From Nanobdella aerobiophila (GTDB taxonomy: Archaea > Nanobdellota > Nanobdellia > Nanobdellales > Nanobdellaceae): a stretch of DNA of 32,000 bases. The notes below the pieces were generated by a model. It saw nothing but the letters and a program-made list of their open reading frames with translations. It searched no databases and had not been told where the DNA came from. Positions 18,024 to 26,575 of the stretch are shown here, piece after piece. How positions within the stretch are numbered: the stretch's first letter is position 1; every line of letters begins with the position of its first letter. The DNA lies in assembly GCF_023169545.1 (NCBI RefSeq), contig NZ_AP019769.1, positions 30,001 to 62,000 on the forward strand, given 5' to 3'. Position numbers and translations under genes: made by a program.

Positions 18024-18884
18024 GTGAGTGATATCGATAGAACCTACAAAGGGATTTTATCCATAAAGAGAGAATTGATAAGGTTAGGAGAGGAGAAGGA
18101 ACAATTATACTCTAGAAAAAGGACTTTATACAAAGAGAGAAAAGAGCTAATATCAAGATTGAAAGAACTAAGAACAAAAAAAGAAGAGTATAGTGTTGTA
18201 CTAGATAATTTAATGGAAGAAAGACAGAAAACTCTACAAAAATTGGAAGAACTGAAAAATAAATTGAATTCGATAAAACAAGAAAAAAAGGATGTATTCA
18301 AAAATAAAGATATACTAAAAGATATAAATAGGTATAAGAAAGAACTAGAAACACTAGAGTATGTACTGCAAACAGAAATATTATCTTATTCACAGGAAAA
18401 AAAGATATGGAATAGGATAAAATATTTAAGGAAATTATTGGGTAAATATGAGCAATTATCTTCAGTATTAGAGGAGATTGACAAAATAAAAGAAGAATAT
18501 AATGCTTATAAGTCTAAATTATCAATAATTGGTCAAAATATAAGGAAGAATATAGATGAAAGAAAGGTAATAAAGGAGCAATTAAAATCTGTAAAAGAGA
18601 AGTTATTAGGACTAATTTCAGAATATAATTCTTTAAAACAGCAAATTATGGAAACGAAGGATAAAATAAAATCTTTAGAAGATAAATTAAGAGAACAATT
18701 AGAAGTTTATCTAAATCAATTATCACAAAAACCAAGATTAGAAGTTTCTGGAGAAGAAAAGACAAAGATATTGGATGAGTATTCTAGGATACAAGAAAAA
18801 ATAGTTAATGGTGGAGAATTATCCATGGATGATATATTAGTTATGCAAAAATATGAATTATTAAAGAAAAAAGGTGCAATCTGA
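18024..18884 (+). CDS. Archaeal coiled-coil protein (COG1340-like)
   Basis: 286 aa, GTG start. Almost entirely heptad-like K/E/L-rich sequence. Overlaps the alaS start by 11 nt. Confidence 0.6.
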   Translation: MSDIDRTYKGILSIKRELIRLGEEKEQLYSRKRTLYKERKELISRLKELRTKKEEYSVVLDNLMEERQKTLQKLEELKNKLNSIKQEKKDVFKNKDILKDINRYKKELETLEYVLQTEILSYSQEKKIWNRIKYLRKLLGKYEQLSSVLEEIDKIKEEYNAYKSKLSIIGQNIRKNIDERKVIKEQLKSVKEKLLGLISEYNSLKQQIMETKDKIKSLEDKLREQLEVYLNQLSQKPRLEVSGEEKTKILDEYSRIQEKIVNGGELSMDDILVMQKYELLKKKGAI

Positions 18885-21468
18885 TCTTGAGAAATTATAT
18901 CCAAAAAAAGCTTTAGAATCTTTGGATCTGTATAGGAAGCAATGCAAAATATGTAATAGATTTTTTTGGACAAAAGATAAGAATAGAGAAGTATGTGGTG
19001 ATCACGAAAATTATGGTTTTATAAAAAATCCTTTAGGTACAAAGTTATCATATAATGAAGTTTATGATAATTTTGCAAAATATATGAATTCTAGAGGTTA
19101 TATAAGTATAAATAGATATCCTGTAGTGGCTAGATGGAGGGATGATATAGATTTTGTAATTGCTTCCATTGCAGATTTTCAACCATGGGTAGTGGAAGGG
19201 TACACCGATCCTCCATCCAAAAAACTAACTGTACCTCAATTTTGTCTAAGATTCAATGATATAGATAATGTTGGATTAACAGGCAGGCATTATACAGGTT
19301 TCGTTATGATTGGTCAGCATGCATTTATGAAACCTGAAGAATATAATAAAGACCAATATTTTCTAGATCTATATTATTGGTTTGAAGAAAATAAATTTCC
19401 GATGGAGGAGTTTTTATTTCATGAAGATAAATGGGAAGGTGGAGGAAATGGGGGTACATCAATAGAATTTTTTATAAGAGGATTAGAAGTAGCTAATCAG
19501 GTTTATATGCAATATAAGATAATAGATAATCAATGGGTAGAATTGGATAAATTAAAGGTTTTAGATATGGGTATGGGTCAGGAGAGGATTGCATGGATAA
19601 CCAATGGAACACCTACATCTTATGATATTGTCTTCCCAAATACAGTAAAATTTTTGCTAAATAATATTAATTATGATATAGATTATGATCTATTTAATAA
19701 AATTTCTATGTATTCTTCTTTATTTGACTTTGAAAAATATGATATAAATGATTTTGAAAAATATTTAAGGGAAAAGGGAATTTATGATAATAAATTATTG
19801 GAAATTATGCATGCTATATATTTAATCTCTGATCATATTAGAACATTATATATAGCAATATCTGATGGAGCTTTACCATCCAATATGGGAGGTAATTATA
19901 ATTTAAGGTTAATTAGTAGGAGAATGTTTTATTTTATTGATAAGTATTTTGGAGAAGATTCTTATTCATTTATAAAAAAATTATTAAATTATATATCATT
20001 AGATTGGAGGGAGAAGGTAGATATAAATGAAATATATAATATATTAATATATGAATATGAGAAATATAAAGATATAAAGAAAAATGCTCAAAAATTATTA
20101 GATAAAAACCTGGATACTAGGAAAATATTCGAACTATATACGTCTTCGGGGATATCTCTAGAGATAATGAAAGATATAAATCCTAATATTAATATAAATA
20201 AAGAAGAATTCAGTAGGTTATTAAGCCAGCATAAAAATATAAGTAAAAAGGAGAATAAGAAAGAAGAATTTTATATAGATATAAATTATCCAGAGACATA
20301 TAAATCATTTTATGATTCATGGAAGAAATATTATGAAATATCTAAATTTTATGGGAAGATTGATTATAAGAATTCAATATATTATATATTTGATAGAACT
20401 GTGTTTTATCCAACAAAAGGAGGACAAATACATGATACAGGATATATATTCGATCTGAATAATATAAAAAAATATTCAAAAGATGTTCTGGATAATTATA
20501 ATTTTCCAGATTATGTAAAGGATGAATTAGTTAAATATATGACTGGTAATTTAAAAGAAGATTTTGAAAAATATTTCGCAAGAGTTGTCGATGTAATAGA
20601 GTATAAAAAAATAATATTACATAAAGTAGATAAGGATATTGAAATCTCAGGTGAAATATTGCAAATTATAGATAAAGGTAGGAGATATAGAATATCTAGG
20701 CATCATACAGCAACCCACTTATTAACCTCTGTATTGAGAAATATTTATGGTAATCATATATGGCAAGCAGGTGCAGAAAAAGATGAATATGAAGGTAGAC
20801 TAGATATTACTCATTATAAGGTACCAAGCTATGAAGAAATAAAATTGATAGAAAAAAATGCCAATAATATAATATTGGAAGGTAGAAAAATAAATAAATT
20901 CTATTTAAAGAGAAATGAAGCTGAAAAATTATATGGATTTACAATATATCAAGGAGGATTTATACCAGAAACAAATTTAAGAATAGTTAATATAGAAAAT
21001 ACAGATGTAGAAGCATGTTCAGGAACTCATTTAGATAATACATTAGAAATTGGGTTAATAAAAATAATATCTGTTGAGAAGATAGCTGATGGAATGATTA
21101 GATTCAGGTTTATTGCTGGAGATAGGATAATAGAAGAATATGAAAATATGGAAGAAAGATTGAATAATATAAGGAATAAATATGGTATCGATATAAATAA
21201 TTTGAATAATTATATAGAAAAAATAAATAAAGATAGGGAAGAGAATAGTAAGAAGATAAATAGTTTATTGGAAGAATATATAAGAAATAATATAAAAGAT
21301 GGGAGAATATATATGGAAACCTCCTTAAAAATATCAGATATTATTAAATATGTACTAAGGTATAAAGATATTATAAAAGATATAGAGATAAAATGTAAAG
21401 ATGGTATTATTAGTTCTAAAGGTGGAGATAAGAAGATTGATAAATTTTATATAAAAAACTATGAATAG
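18874..21468 (+). CDS. alaS: Alanyl-tRNA synthetase
   Basis: 864 aa, GTG start. N-terminal Zn-ribbon-like CKICNRFFWT...CGD. Catalytic-core FCLRFNDIDNVGLTGRHYTGFVMIGQHAF. Editing-domain HHTATHLL and CSGTH motifs. Unsplit gene. Confidence 0.92.
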   Translation: MQSDLEKLYPKKALESLDLYRKQCKICNRFFWTKDKNREVCGDHENYGFIKNPLGTKLSYNEVYDNFAKYMNSRGYISINRYPVVARWRDDIDFVIASIADFQPWVVEGYTDPPSKKLTVPQFCLRFNDIDNVGLTGRHYTGFVMIGQHAFMKPEEYNKDQYFLDLYYWFEENKFPMEEFLFHEDKWEGGGNGGTSIEFFIRGLEVANQVYMQYKIIDNQWVELDKLKVLDMGMGQERIAWITNGTPTSYDIVFPNTVKFLLNNINYDIDYDLFNKISMYSSLFDFEKYDINDFEKYLREKGIYDNKLLEIMHAIYLISDHIRTLYIAISDGALPSNMGGNYNLRLISRRMFYFIDKYFGEDSYSFIKKLLNYISLDWREKVDINEIYNILIYEYEKYKDIKKNAQKLLDKNLDTRKIFELYTSSGISLEIMKDINPNININKEEFSRLLSQHKNISKKENKKEEFYIDINYPETYKSFYDSWKKYYEISKFYGKIDYKNSIYYIFDRTVFYPTKGGQIHDTGYIFDLNNIKKYSKDVLDNYNFPDYVKDELVKYMTGNLKEDFEKYFARVVDVIEYKKIILHKVDKDIEISGEILQIIDKGRRYRISRHHTATHLLTSVLRNIYGNHIWQAGAEKDEYEGRLDITHYKVPSYEEIKLIEKNANNIILEGRKINKFYLKRNEAEKLYGFTIYQGGFIPETNLRIVNIENTDVEACSGTHLDNTLEIGLIKIISVEKIADGMIRFRFIAGDRIIEEYENMEERLNNIRNKYGIDINNLNNYIEKINKDREENSKKINSLLEEYIRNNIKDGRIYMETSLKISDIIKYVLRYKDIIKDIEIKCKDGIISSKGGDKKIDKFYIKNYE

Positions 21469-22871
21469 TCATTAGTTATTAGATCTTCTATAAATTTATA
21501 CCAGATGTTTTTATTATTTAATTTATTATAATAATCTATTGAAAATATTAATAATAATATTAAGAAAGATAAACTGGAAAATATTATATTGTTTATAAAC
21601 AATGGTGCCATGTCAATAAATGTATATATTGATAATATTATTATAGATAAAAAGTTTTTGATATCTAATCTTGTGAACTGTCTATCATAAGAGTATCCTT
21701 TGTATTGTGGATTTAATTTTCCAGAATAGTACCAAGAAGGTATATTTATAGATATTGGTAATAATATTATTGAATATATAGAATATATATAGTAAATATT
21801 ATTTTTTAGTATAAATAATATGAAAAATGATATAATAAATGGTAATAATATCTTGTAAGAATTGTTTAATCTGTAGTTCATCTTTTTTCTAATATAATTC
21901 ATAAAATAATAATTTCCAGCATTTACCCATACTCTTTCAAAGCCAATGGATAGCTCTAGACCTACTGCAGAACTATATAATAATAAAAAGATAATATAAA
22001 TTGAAAATATATTTTTTATATAAAAAAATATAAATATTAAAATAGAGATAATGGAAGAAAATATAATTAAATATTTTAACAAAGAGTTCGATATATCTTT
22101 TATAGGATCTTTAGTTCTAAATATAGATCTATTTTCTATAAAATTTATATCATCATTGTATATAGAATATGGATCTGTATAAAACTTATAGAAATCTTTT
22201 CCAGATATTAAATATATTATTATTAAATATATTGATAATATTGGTGTAAAGTATATTTTGGATAATAATATATTTATTTCAGGATAATAGAATATATTTA
22301 GAAAGATTAATAATATAGGGAAGATAGAATATATAGTCTTTTTTATTATATTAGATGGTAAATATACTATAAGAGATATTATATATGAATATATTAAAGA
22401 ATTTAATATAGTAATTAATATTATTATGGTGTTTAGTTGATGGAATAAATATAATTGATATATATATGAGAAAAAAAATGGTAATATTATAAAATATATA
22501 AATATTAAGAATGATAGACTCTTAAGTAATATATATCTATCTATCTTAAGATCAGATGATAATATAAAATCAATTTCTGTTTTTGTATATACGATATTGC
22601 CATATAGATTTATCTTTTTATTTCCAGAATATATGTTTATTATTATAAAGAAAATATTTGTTAATATTAATATAAAAGATATCCATAATAATGCTCCAAT
22701 ACTAGAAGAAATATATAGAAATGGAAATATATTTTTTGGAATTATTTTATATAAATTTAGAAAATATATAGAAATTAATATAGGAGAATAAATGAGAATG
22801 AAATATATCAGCATATATAATAATATTTGACTTTTGGTATACATATCCTTTATTATAAATTTCAATATCAT
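21459..22871 (-). CDS. Polytopic membrane protein, putative ABC-2-type permease
   Basis: 470 aa, extremely hydrophobic with 10 or more predicted helices. 4-nt overlap with the upstream ABC ATPase gene. Confidence 0.6.
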   Translation of the reverse strand: MILKFIIKDMYTKSQILLYMLIYFILIYSPILISIYFLNLYKIIPKNIFPFLYISSSIGALLWISFILILTNIFFIIINIYSGNKKINLYGNIVYTKTEIDFILSSDLKIDRYILLKSLSFLIFIYFIILPFFFSYIYQLYLFHQLNTIIILITILNSLIYSYIISLIVYLPSNIIKKTIYSIFPILLIFLNIFYYPEINILLSKIYFTPILSIYLIIIYLISGKDFYKFYTDPYSIYNDDINFIENRSIFRTKDPIKDISNSLLKYLIIFSSIISILIFIFFYIKNIFSIYIIFLLLYSSAVGLELSIGFERVWVNAGNYYFMNYIRKKMNYRLNNSYKILLPFIISFFILFILKNNIYYIYSIYSIILLPISINIPSWYYSGKLNPQYKGYSYDRQFTRLDIKNFLSIIILSIYTFIDMAPLFINNIIFSSLSFLILLLIFSIDYYNKLNNKNIWYKFIEDLITNDYS

Positions 22872-23554
22872 CTTAATAATTTTATTATATTATCTTCTAA
22901 ATTATCTTTAATCTTTTCTATATTATCATTAAATATTATTTTACCTTTATTTATTAATATTATTCTATTAGCTATTTTTTCTGCTAATGATACTATGTGG
23001 GTAGAAATTATCTTTAGATTATTTCTTTCCTTTAATAAATTAATCGTTTTATATTGTGTTTCTAGATCTAGATAATTTAATGGTTCATCTAATAATAATA
23101 TTTCTGTATCTAATATTAATACCATAGATAATGATAATTTTTGTTTATTTCCTCTAGATAAGTTTATTGCTCTGTAATTTTTATATTTATCTAGATCAAA
23201 GAAATTTAAATAATAATCAATTTTATTATATAAATTATCTATACTTCTTAATAATCCTATATACTCTAGATTTTCTTTTACAGATAAATTGATGAACGGT
23301 ATTGGTTCTTCAGGTAAATATCCAATATACTTCTTAGCTCCTTCAGGATTTTTTAATAAATCTATATTTTTTATATATATGTTTCCAGAATCTGGTTTTA
23401 ATAAACCTGCTAATATCTTTATTGTAGTGCTTTTCCCTGCACCATTTGGACCAATTAAAAATACATTTTCTTTTTTATCTATTTCAAAAGATATATTATC
23501 GAGAGCCTTTATATTTTCATAGCTTTTTGATATATTCTCTACTTTTATCATCAT
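22868..23554 (-). CDS. ABC transporter ATP-binding protein
   Basis: 228 aa. Walker A GPNGAGKSTT, signature LSRGNKQKLSL, Walker B LLLDEP. Confidence 0.9.
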   Translation of the reverse strand: MMIKVENISKSYENIKALDNISFEIDKKENVFLIGPNGAGKSTTIKILAGLLKPDSGNIYIKNIDLLKNPEGAKKYIGYLPEEPIPFINLSVKENLEYIGLLRSIDNLYNKIDYYLNFFDLDKYKNYRAINLSRGNKQKLSLSMVLILDTEILLLDEPLNYLDLETQYKTINLLKERNNLKIISTHIVSLAEKIANRIILINKGKIIFNDNIEKIKDNLEDNIIKLLR

Positions 23555-23564
23555 ATTTATATTT

Positions 23565-23984
23565 TTATTGATCTATTGATATATTTAATTTTTTATATAT
23601 AAATTCTCTAACCTTTTCAGCAATATCTATAGCTTCTTTAGCATCTTCTTCAGTAACATTTTCTATAGATTTAGGATCATATCTAGATTTTATGGAATAT
23701 TTTGATAATTCTTCTATCATTTTTACTCCTGTAGATTTTTCTAATGAATTGAAGCTTTTGTCTATGTTTTTGCATTCATCTATTAATATCCTTATATCAT
23801 GAGTTCTATGTTTATATATATCAAAATAATTTTTGTATACTAAAAATGCTTTCAAATACTTTTCTACAGATTGTTGAGATAAAAAACATGCAATTCTATA
23901 ATGAGAGAGTTTATATATATCTTTTGCAGTTTTTAAATCGTCATCAGCTAATTTTAACCAATCTATTATATTTTCATCAATCAT
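23565..23984 (-). CDS. HEPN-domain protein (putative toxin), unit 1, last gene of array
   Basis: 139 aa. QQSVEKYLKAFL, THDIRIL and SRYD motifs of the MNT-associated HEPN family. The C-terminal EEDAKEAIDIAEKVREFIYKKLNI is shared with the other three, but the last 4 aa are SIDQ rather than DNNI. Confidence 0.8.
   Translation of the reverse strand: MIDENIIDWLKLADDDLKTAKDIYKLSHYRIACFLSQQSVEKYLKAFLVYKNYFDIYKHRTHDIRILIDECKNIDKSFNSLEKSTGVKMIEELSKYSIKSRYDPKSIENVTEEDAKEAIDIAEKVREFIYKKLNISIDQ
23581..23651. repeat. Partial copy (HEPN-tail part only) of the 215-bp junction repeat
   Basis: atatttaattttttatatataaattctctaaccttttcagcaatatctatagcttctttagcatcttcttca is identical to the corresponding part of the full copies. 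Confidence 0.85.
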
Positions 23985-24307
23985 AATAGTATCTTTCCTT
24001 CATTTTTAGCCCAATAATATACAAATAATTTACTTTTAGATCTTTTATCAAATTCTTGATTATCTACTATTAGTAAATCGACGGATTTATTCAATGAATT
24101 TACTAAATAATAGTGTATATCACACCATAAATTATCATATAGATCTTTATCCAATTTATCTTCAGTTATAATTAATATATCATAATCAGAATCTTCTCTA
24201 TAATCTCCTCTAGCTCTAGATCCAAATAATATAATTTTATCTATTTTAATATTATATTCATTTGCAACATCATATATTACTTTCTTAATTATTTCCAAAT
24301 CATTCAT
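23981..24307 (-). CDS. Minimal nucleotidyltransferase (MNT, putative antitoxin), unit 1
   Basis: 108 aa. Pol-beta NTase motif LFGSRARGDYREDSDYDI, third acidic residue in SVDLLIVD. ATGA overlaps on both sides. Confidence 0.85.
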   Translation of the reverse strand: MNDLEIIKKVIYDVANEYNIKIDKIILFGSRARGDYREDSDYDILIITEDKLDKDLYDNLWCDIHYYLVNSLNKSVDLLIVDNQEFDKRSKSKLFVYYWAKNEGKILL

Positions 24308-24391
24308 ATATTATTATCTATATTTAATTTTTTATATATAAATTCTCTAACCTTTTCAGCAATATCTATAGCTTCTTTAGCATCTTCTTCA
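24177..24391. repeat. 215-bp junction repeat, full copy 1
   Basis: By-eye comparison shows nucleotide identity with 24913-25127 and 25619-25833. Spans the first 44 MNT codons, the ATGA overlap and the last 28 HEPN codons. Confidence 0.9.
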
Positions 24392-24720
24392 TTAACATTT
24401 TTTATAAATTCTATATCATATCTAGATAAGACAGAATAATCTGAAACTATTTGGAACTTTTCAATTCCTATCAATTCTCTCAATATTATAAAATTATTAT
24501 CTATTTTTATACATTCATCTAATAATTTATTTATATTATGAATCTTATGTTTTTTAGGATTAAAGATATTATTTTCTATTAGAAATGCTTTTAAATATAA
24601 TTCTATAGCTTGTTGACTCCAAAAACATGAACTAGAGTACAAAGAATTTTGAAAACTTTTTTTAGATGTATCGAGATCTATATCAGCAATTTCAATGTAT
24701 TCTTTAGTATCTTCTTTCAC
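24304..24720 (-). CDS. HEPN-domain protein (putative toxin), unit 2
   Basis: QQAIELYLKAFL, KIHNINKL, SRYD. Start placed at GTG 24720 (GTGA overlap with the MNT stop). This aligns VKEDTKEYIEIADIDL with the N-termini of units 1 and 3. The track's ATG at 24750 would add MGGKGRYINK from inside the MNT gene. Confidence 0.75.
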   Translation of the reverse strand: MKEDTKEYIEIADIDLDTSKKSFQNSLYSSSCFWSQQAIELYLKAFLIENNIFNPKKHKIHNINKLLDECIKIDNNFIILRELIGIEKFQIVSDYSVLSRYDIEFIKNVNEEDAKEAIDIAEKVREFIYKKLNIDNNI

Positions 24721-25043
24721 TTTATTAATATACCTTCCTTTTCCGCCCAATAATATACAAATCCTCTATAAATCTTTTTTTCTTCAAATTCTTCTTTATT
24801 TATACAAAGAAGATCTATTGATTTATCTAGCTTAGCTAATAGTTCCCAATTTATTTTTCCCAAAAATTTATAGTATAGATCTTTATCCAATTTATCTTCA
24901 GTTATAATTAATATATCATAATCAGAATCTTCTCTATAATCTCCTCTAGCTCTAGATCCAAATAATATAATTTTATCTATTTTAATATTATATTCATTTG
25001 CAACATCATATATTACTTTCTTAATTATTTCCAAATCATTCAT
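24717..25043 (-). CDS. Minimal nucleotidyltransferase (MNT), unit 2
   Basis: 108 aa. The first 44 aa are identical to the other three MNTs. GSRARG...DSDYD motif. Confidence 0.85.
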   Translation of the reverse strand: MNDLEIIKKVIYDVANEYNIKIDKIILFGSRARGDYREDSDYDILIITEDKLDKDLYYKFLGKINWELLAKLDKSIDLLCINKEEFEEKKIYRGFVYYWAEKEGILIK

Positions 25044-25127
25044 ATATTATTATCTATATTTAATTTTTTATATATAAATTCTCTAACCTTTTCAGCAATA
25101 TCTATAGCTTCTTTAGCATCTTCTTCA
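24913..25127. repeat. 215-bp junction repeat, full copy 2
   Basis: Identical to the copy at 24177-24391. Identity with that copy extends a further 39 nt (24874-24912 = 24138-24176). Confidence 0.9.
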
Positions 25128-25438
25128 GTAACAATATATTTTACTGGATATCTTATTTCTATTCCTATTGGATATAATTTATCAGCATTAATATTGTATA
25201 GATATTTAAAATCTGTATCCATTTTCATACAATATTCTATTAATAATGATATATCATGTATTTTATTTAAAGGTATATTTTTATAAGTTATAAAGGCTTT
25301 TAGATATTTTTCTATTGCTTGTTGAGAATGAAATAATGAATAATCATATAATTCGTTATATAATAGTATTTTAGCAGATTTTAAATCTCTATCTGCTTTT
25401 TCTAACCATTCTTTAGTTTTTTCAATTATTTCATTCAT
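25040..25438 (-). CDS. HEPN-domain protein (putative toxin), unit 3
   Basis: 132 aa. QQAIEKYLKAFI, KIHDISLL, IRYP. Conserved C-terminal 28 aa. Confidence 0.8.
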   Translation of the reverse strand: MNEIIEKTKEWLEKADRDLKSAKILLYNELYDYSLFHSQQAIEKYLKAFITYKNIPLNKIHDISLLIEYCMKMDTDFKYLYNINADKLYPIGIEIRYPVKYIVTEEDAKEAIDIAEKVREFIYKKLNIDNNI

Positions 25439-25749
25439 AATATTTTTCCTTCTAAATTTAAAATTCCGGCTATATCTCCATATGTATTTTTATATTTATC
25501 AAAATATTTTTTTTCTAATATTATTATATCTATAGGTTTCATTATTTTTCTAACTATCTCTCTATGTACTTTAGATATAAATTCTTTTAGGTCTATAATA
25601 CTATAAACTATTATTGCTATATCATAATCAGAATCTTCTCTATAATCTCCTCTAGCTCTAGATCCAAATAATATAATTTTATCTATTTTAATATTATATT
25701 CATTTGCAACATCATATATTACTTTCTTAATTATTTCCAAATCATTCAT
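25435..25749 (-). CDS. Minimal nucleotidyltransferase (MNT), unit 3
   Basis: 104 aa. Identical N-terminal 44 aa, then a unique C-terminal half. Confidence 0.85.
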   Translation of the reverse strand: MNDLEIIKKVIYDVANEYNIKIDKIILFGSRARGDYREDSDYDIAIIVYSIIDLKEFISKVHREIVRKIMKPIDIIILEKKYFDKYKNTYGDIAGILNLEGKIL

Positions 25750-25833
25750 ATATTATTATCTATATTTAATTTTTTATATATAAATTCTCTAACCTTTTCA
25801 GCAATATCTATAGCTTCTTTAGCATCTTCTTCA
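25619..25833. repeat. 215-bp junction repeat, full copy 3
   Basis: Identical to the other full copies. Spacing between copies is 736, 706 and 709 bp. Confidence 0.9.
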
Positions 25834-26135
25834 TTAACAATAATAAATGGAGGATATCTAGTTCCAGAATAATATTTGTTTAATTTTTCTGGTTTTATAT
25901 TTAATAAGTATTCAAAATCTTTATTATATTTTATACATTTATTTATTAGCTCTTTTATATTATGTATAAAAGGATATCCATTGTTTATATATAATAGAAA
26001 AGCTTTCAAATACTTTTCTACAGCCTGTTGTGCCAAAAAGCACGAAATCCTGTAATGATTTAGTTTTAAATTATCTATTGAAGAATTTAGATCATCGTCA
26101 GCAGATTTTAATAATTCTTCTATATCTTCTTTCAC
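25746..26135 (-). CDS. HEPN-domain protein (putative toxin), unit 4
   Basis: QQAVEKYLKAFL, FIHNIKEL, TRYP. Start placed at GTG 26135 (GTGA overlap) rather than the track's ATG 26165. Confidence 0.75.
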   Translation of the reverse strand: MKEDIEELLKSADDDLNSSIDNLKLNHYRISCFLAQQAVEKYLKAFLLYINNGYPFIHNIKELINKCIKYNKDFEYLLNIKPEKLNKYYSGTRYPPFIIVNEEDAKEAIDIAEKVREFIYKKLNIDNNI

Positions 26136-26458
26136 TTTATTAATATACCTTCCTTTTCCGCCCAATAATATACAAATCCTCTATAAATCTTTTTCTTTTC
26201 AAAATCTTTTTTGTCTATTAATATTAAATCAATATCTTTATGTAAGATATCTGTTAATCTATCAAATAGAGAAATCCAAAAATCATTAATTATATTATAA
26301 TCAATCTTTTCTTCAGTTATAATTAATATATCATAATCAGAATCTTCTCTATAATCTCCTCTAGCTCTAGATCCAAATAATATAATTTTATCTATTTTAA
26401 TATTATATTCATTTGCAACATCATATATTACTTTCTTAATTATTTCCAAATCATTCAT
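26132..26458 (-). CDS. Minimal nucleotidyltransferase (MNT), unit 4, first gene of array
   Basis: 108 aa. Identical N-terminal 44 aa. The C-terminal KKIYRGFVYYWAEKEGILIK is identical to unit 2. Confidence 0.85.
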   Translation of the reverse strand: MNDLEIIKKVIYDVANEYNIKIDKIILFGSRARGDYREDSDYDILIITEEKIDYNIINDFWISLFDRLTDILHKDIDLILIDKKDFEKKKIYRGFVYYWAEKEGILIK

Positions 26459-26491
26459 ATATTATTATCTATATTTAATTTTTTATATATA
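26328..26491. repeat. Partial copy of junction repeat (MNT head plus 33-nt orphan HEPN tail)
   Basis: Identity continues past the MNT-4 start codon into 26459-26491. On the minus strand this stretch still reads IYKKLNIDNNI-stop, although no HEPN body precedes it. Confidence 0.85.
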
Positions 26492-26575
26492 GAGGGGTTG
26501 AATATATACTTTCTTATAAAAATAAAGTAAAGCAAAATTATATATTATATAACTTTTAAACTAAATAATATATAT

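Noticed and set aside
18044-18973. Minus-strand ORFs 18044-18301 and 18716-18973
   Set aside because: Antisense shadows of the coiled-coil gene and the alaS 5' end.
22597-23522. Plus-strand ORFs 22597-22791, 22827-23075 and 23289-23522
   Set aside because: Antisense to the ABC permease and ATPase genes.
23565-26491. Regularly spaced perfect repeats that could be read as a CRISPR-like array
   Set aside because: The repeat (215 bp) and period (~0.7 kb) are far outside CRISPR dimensions. Both repeat and spacer are protein-coding in frame, and no cas genes are present.
26491-26503. agaggggttgaat resembles the T-arm segment aggggttcaaat of the adjacent tRNA-Leu and lies exactly at the array breakpoint; possible att remnant
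   Set aside because: The match is only ~12 nt with a mismatch and an indel. It also lies upstream of the intact tRNA in the same orientation, not where a displaced 3' half is expected after integrase-mediated insertion.
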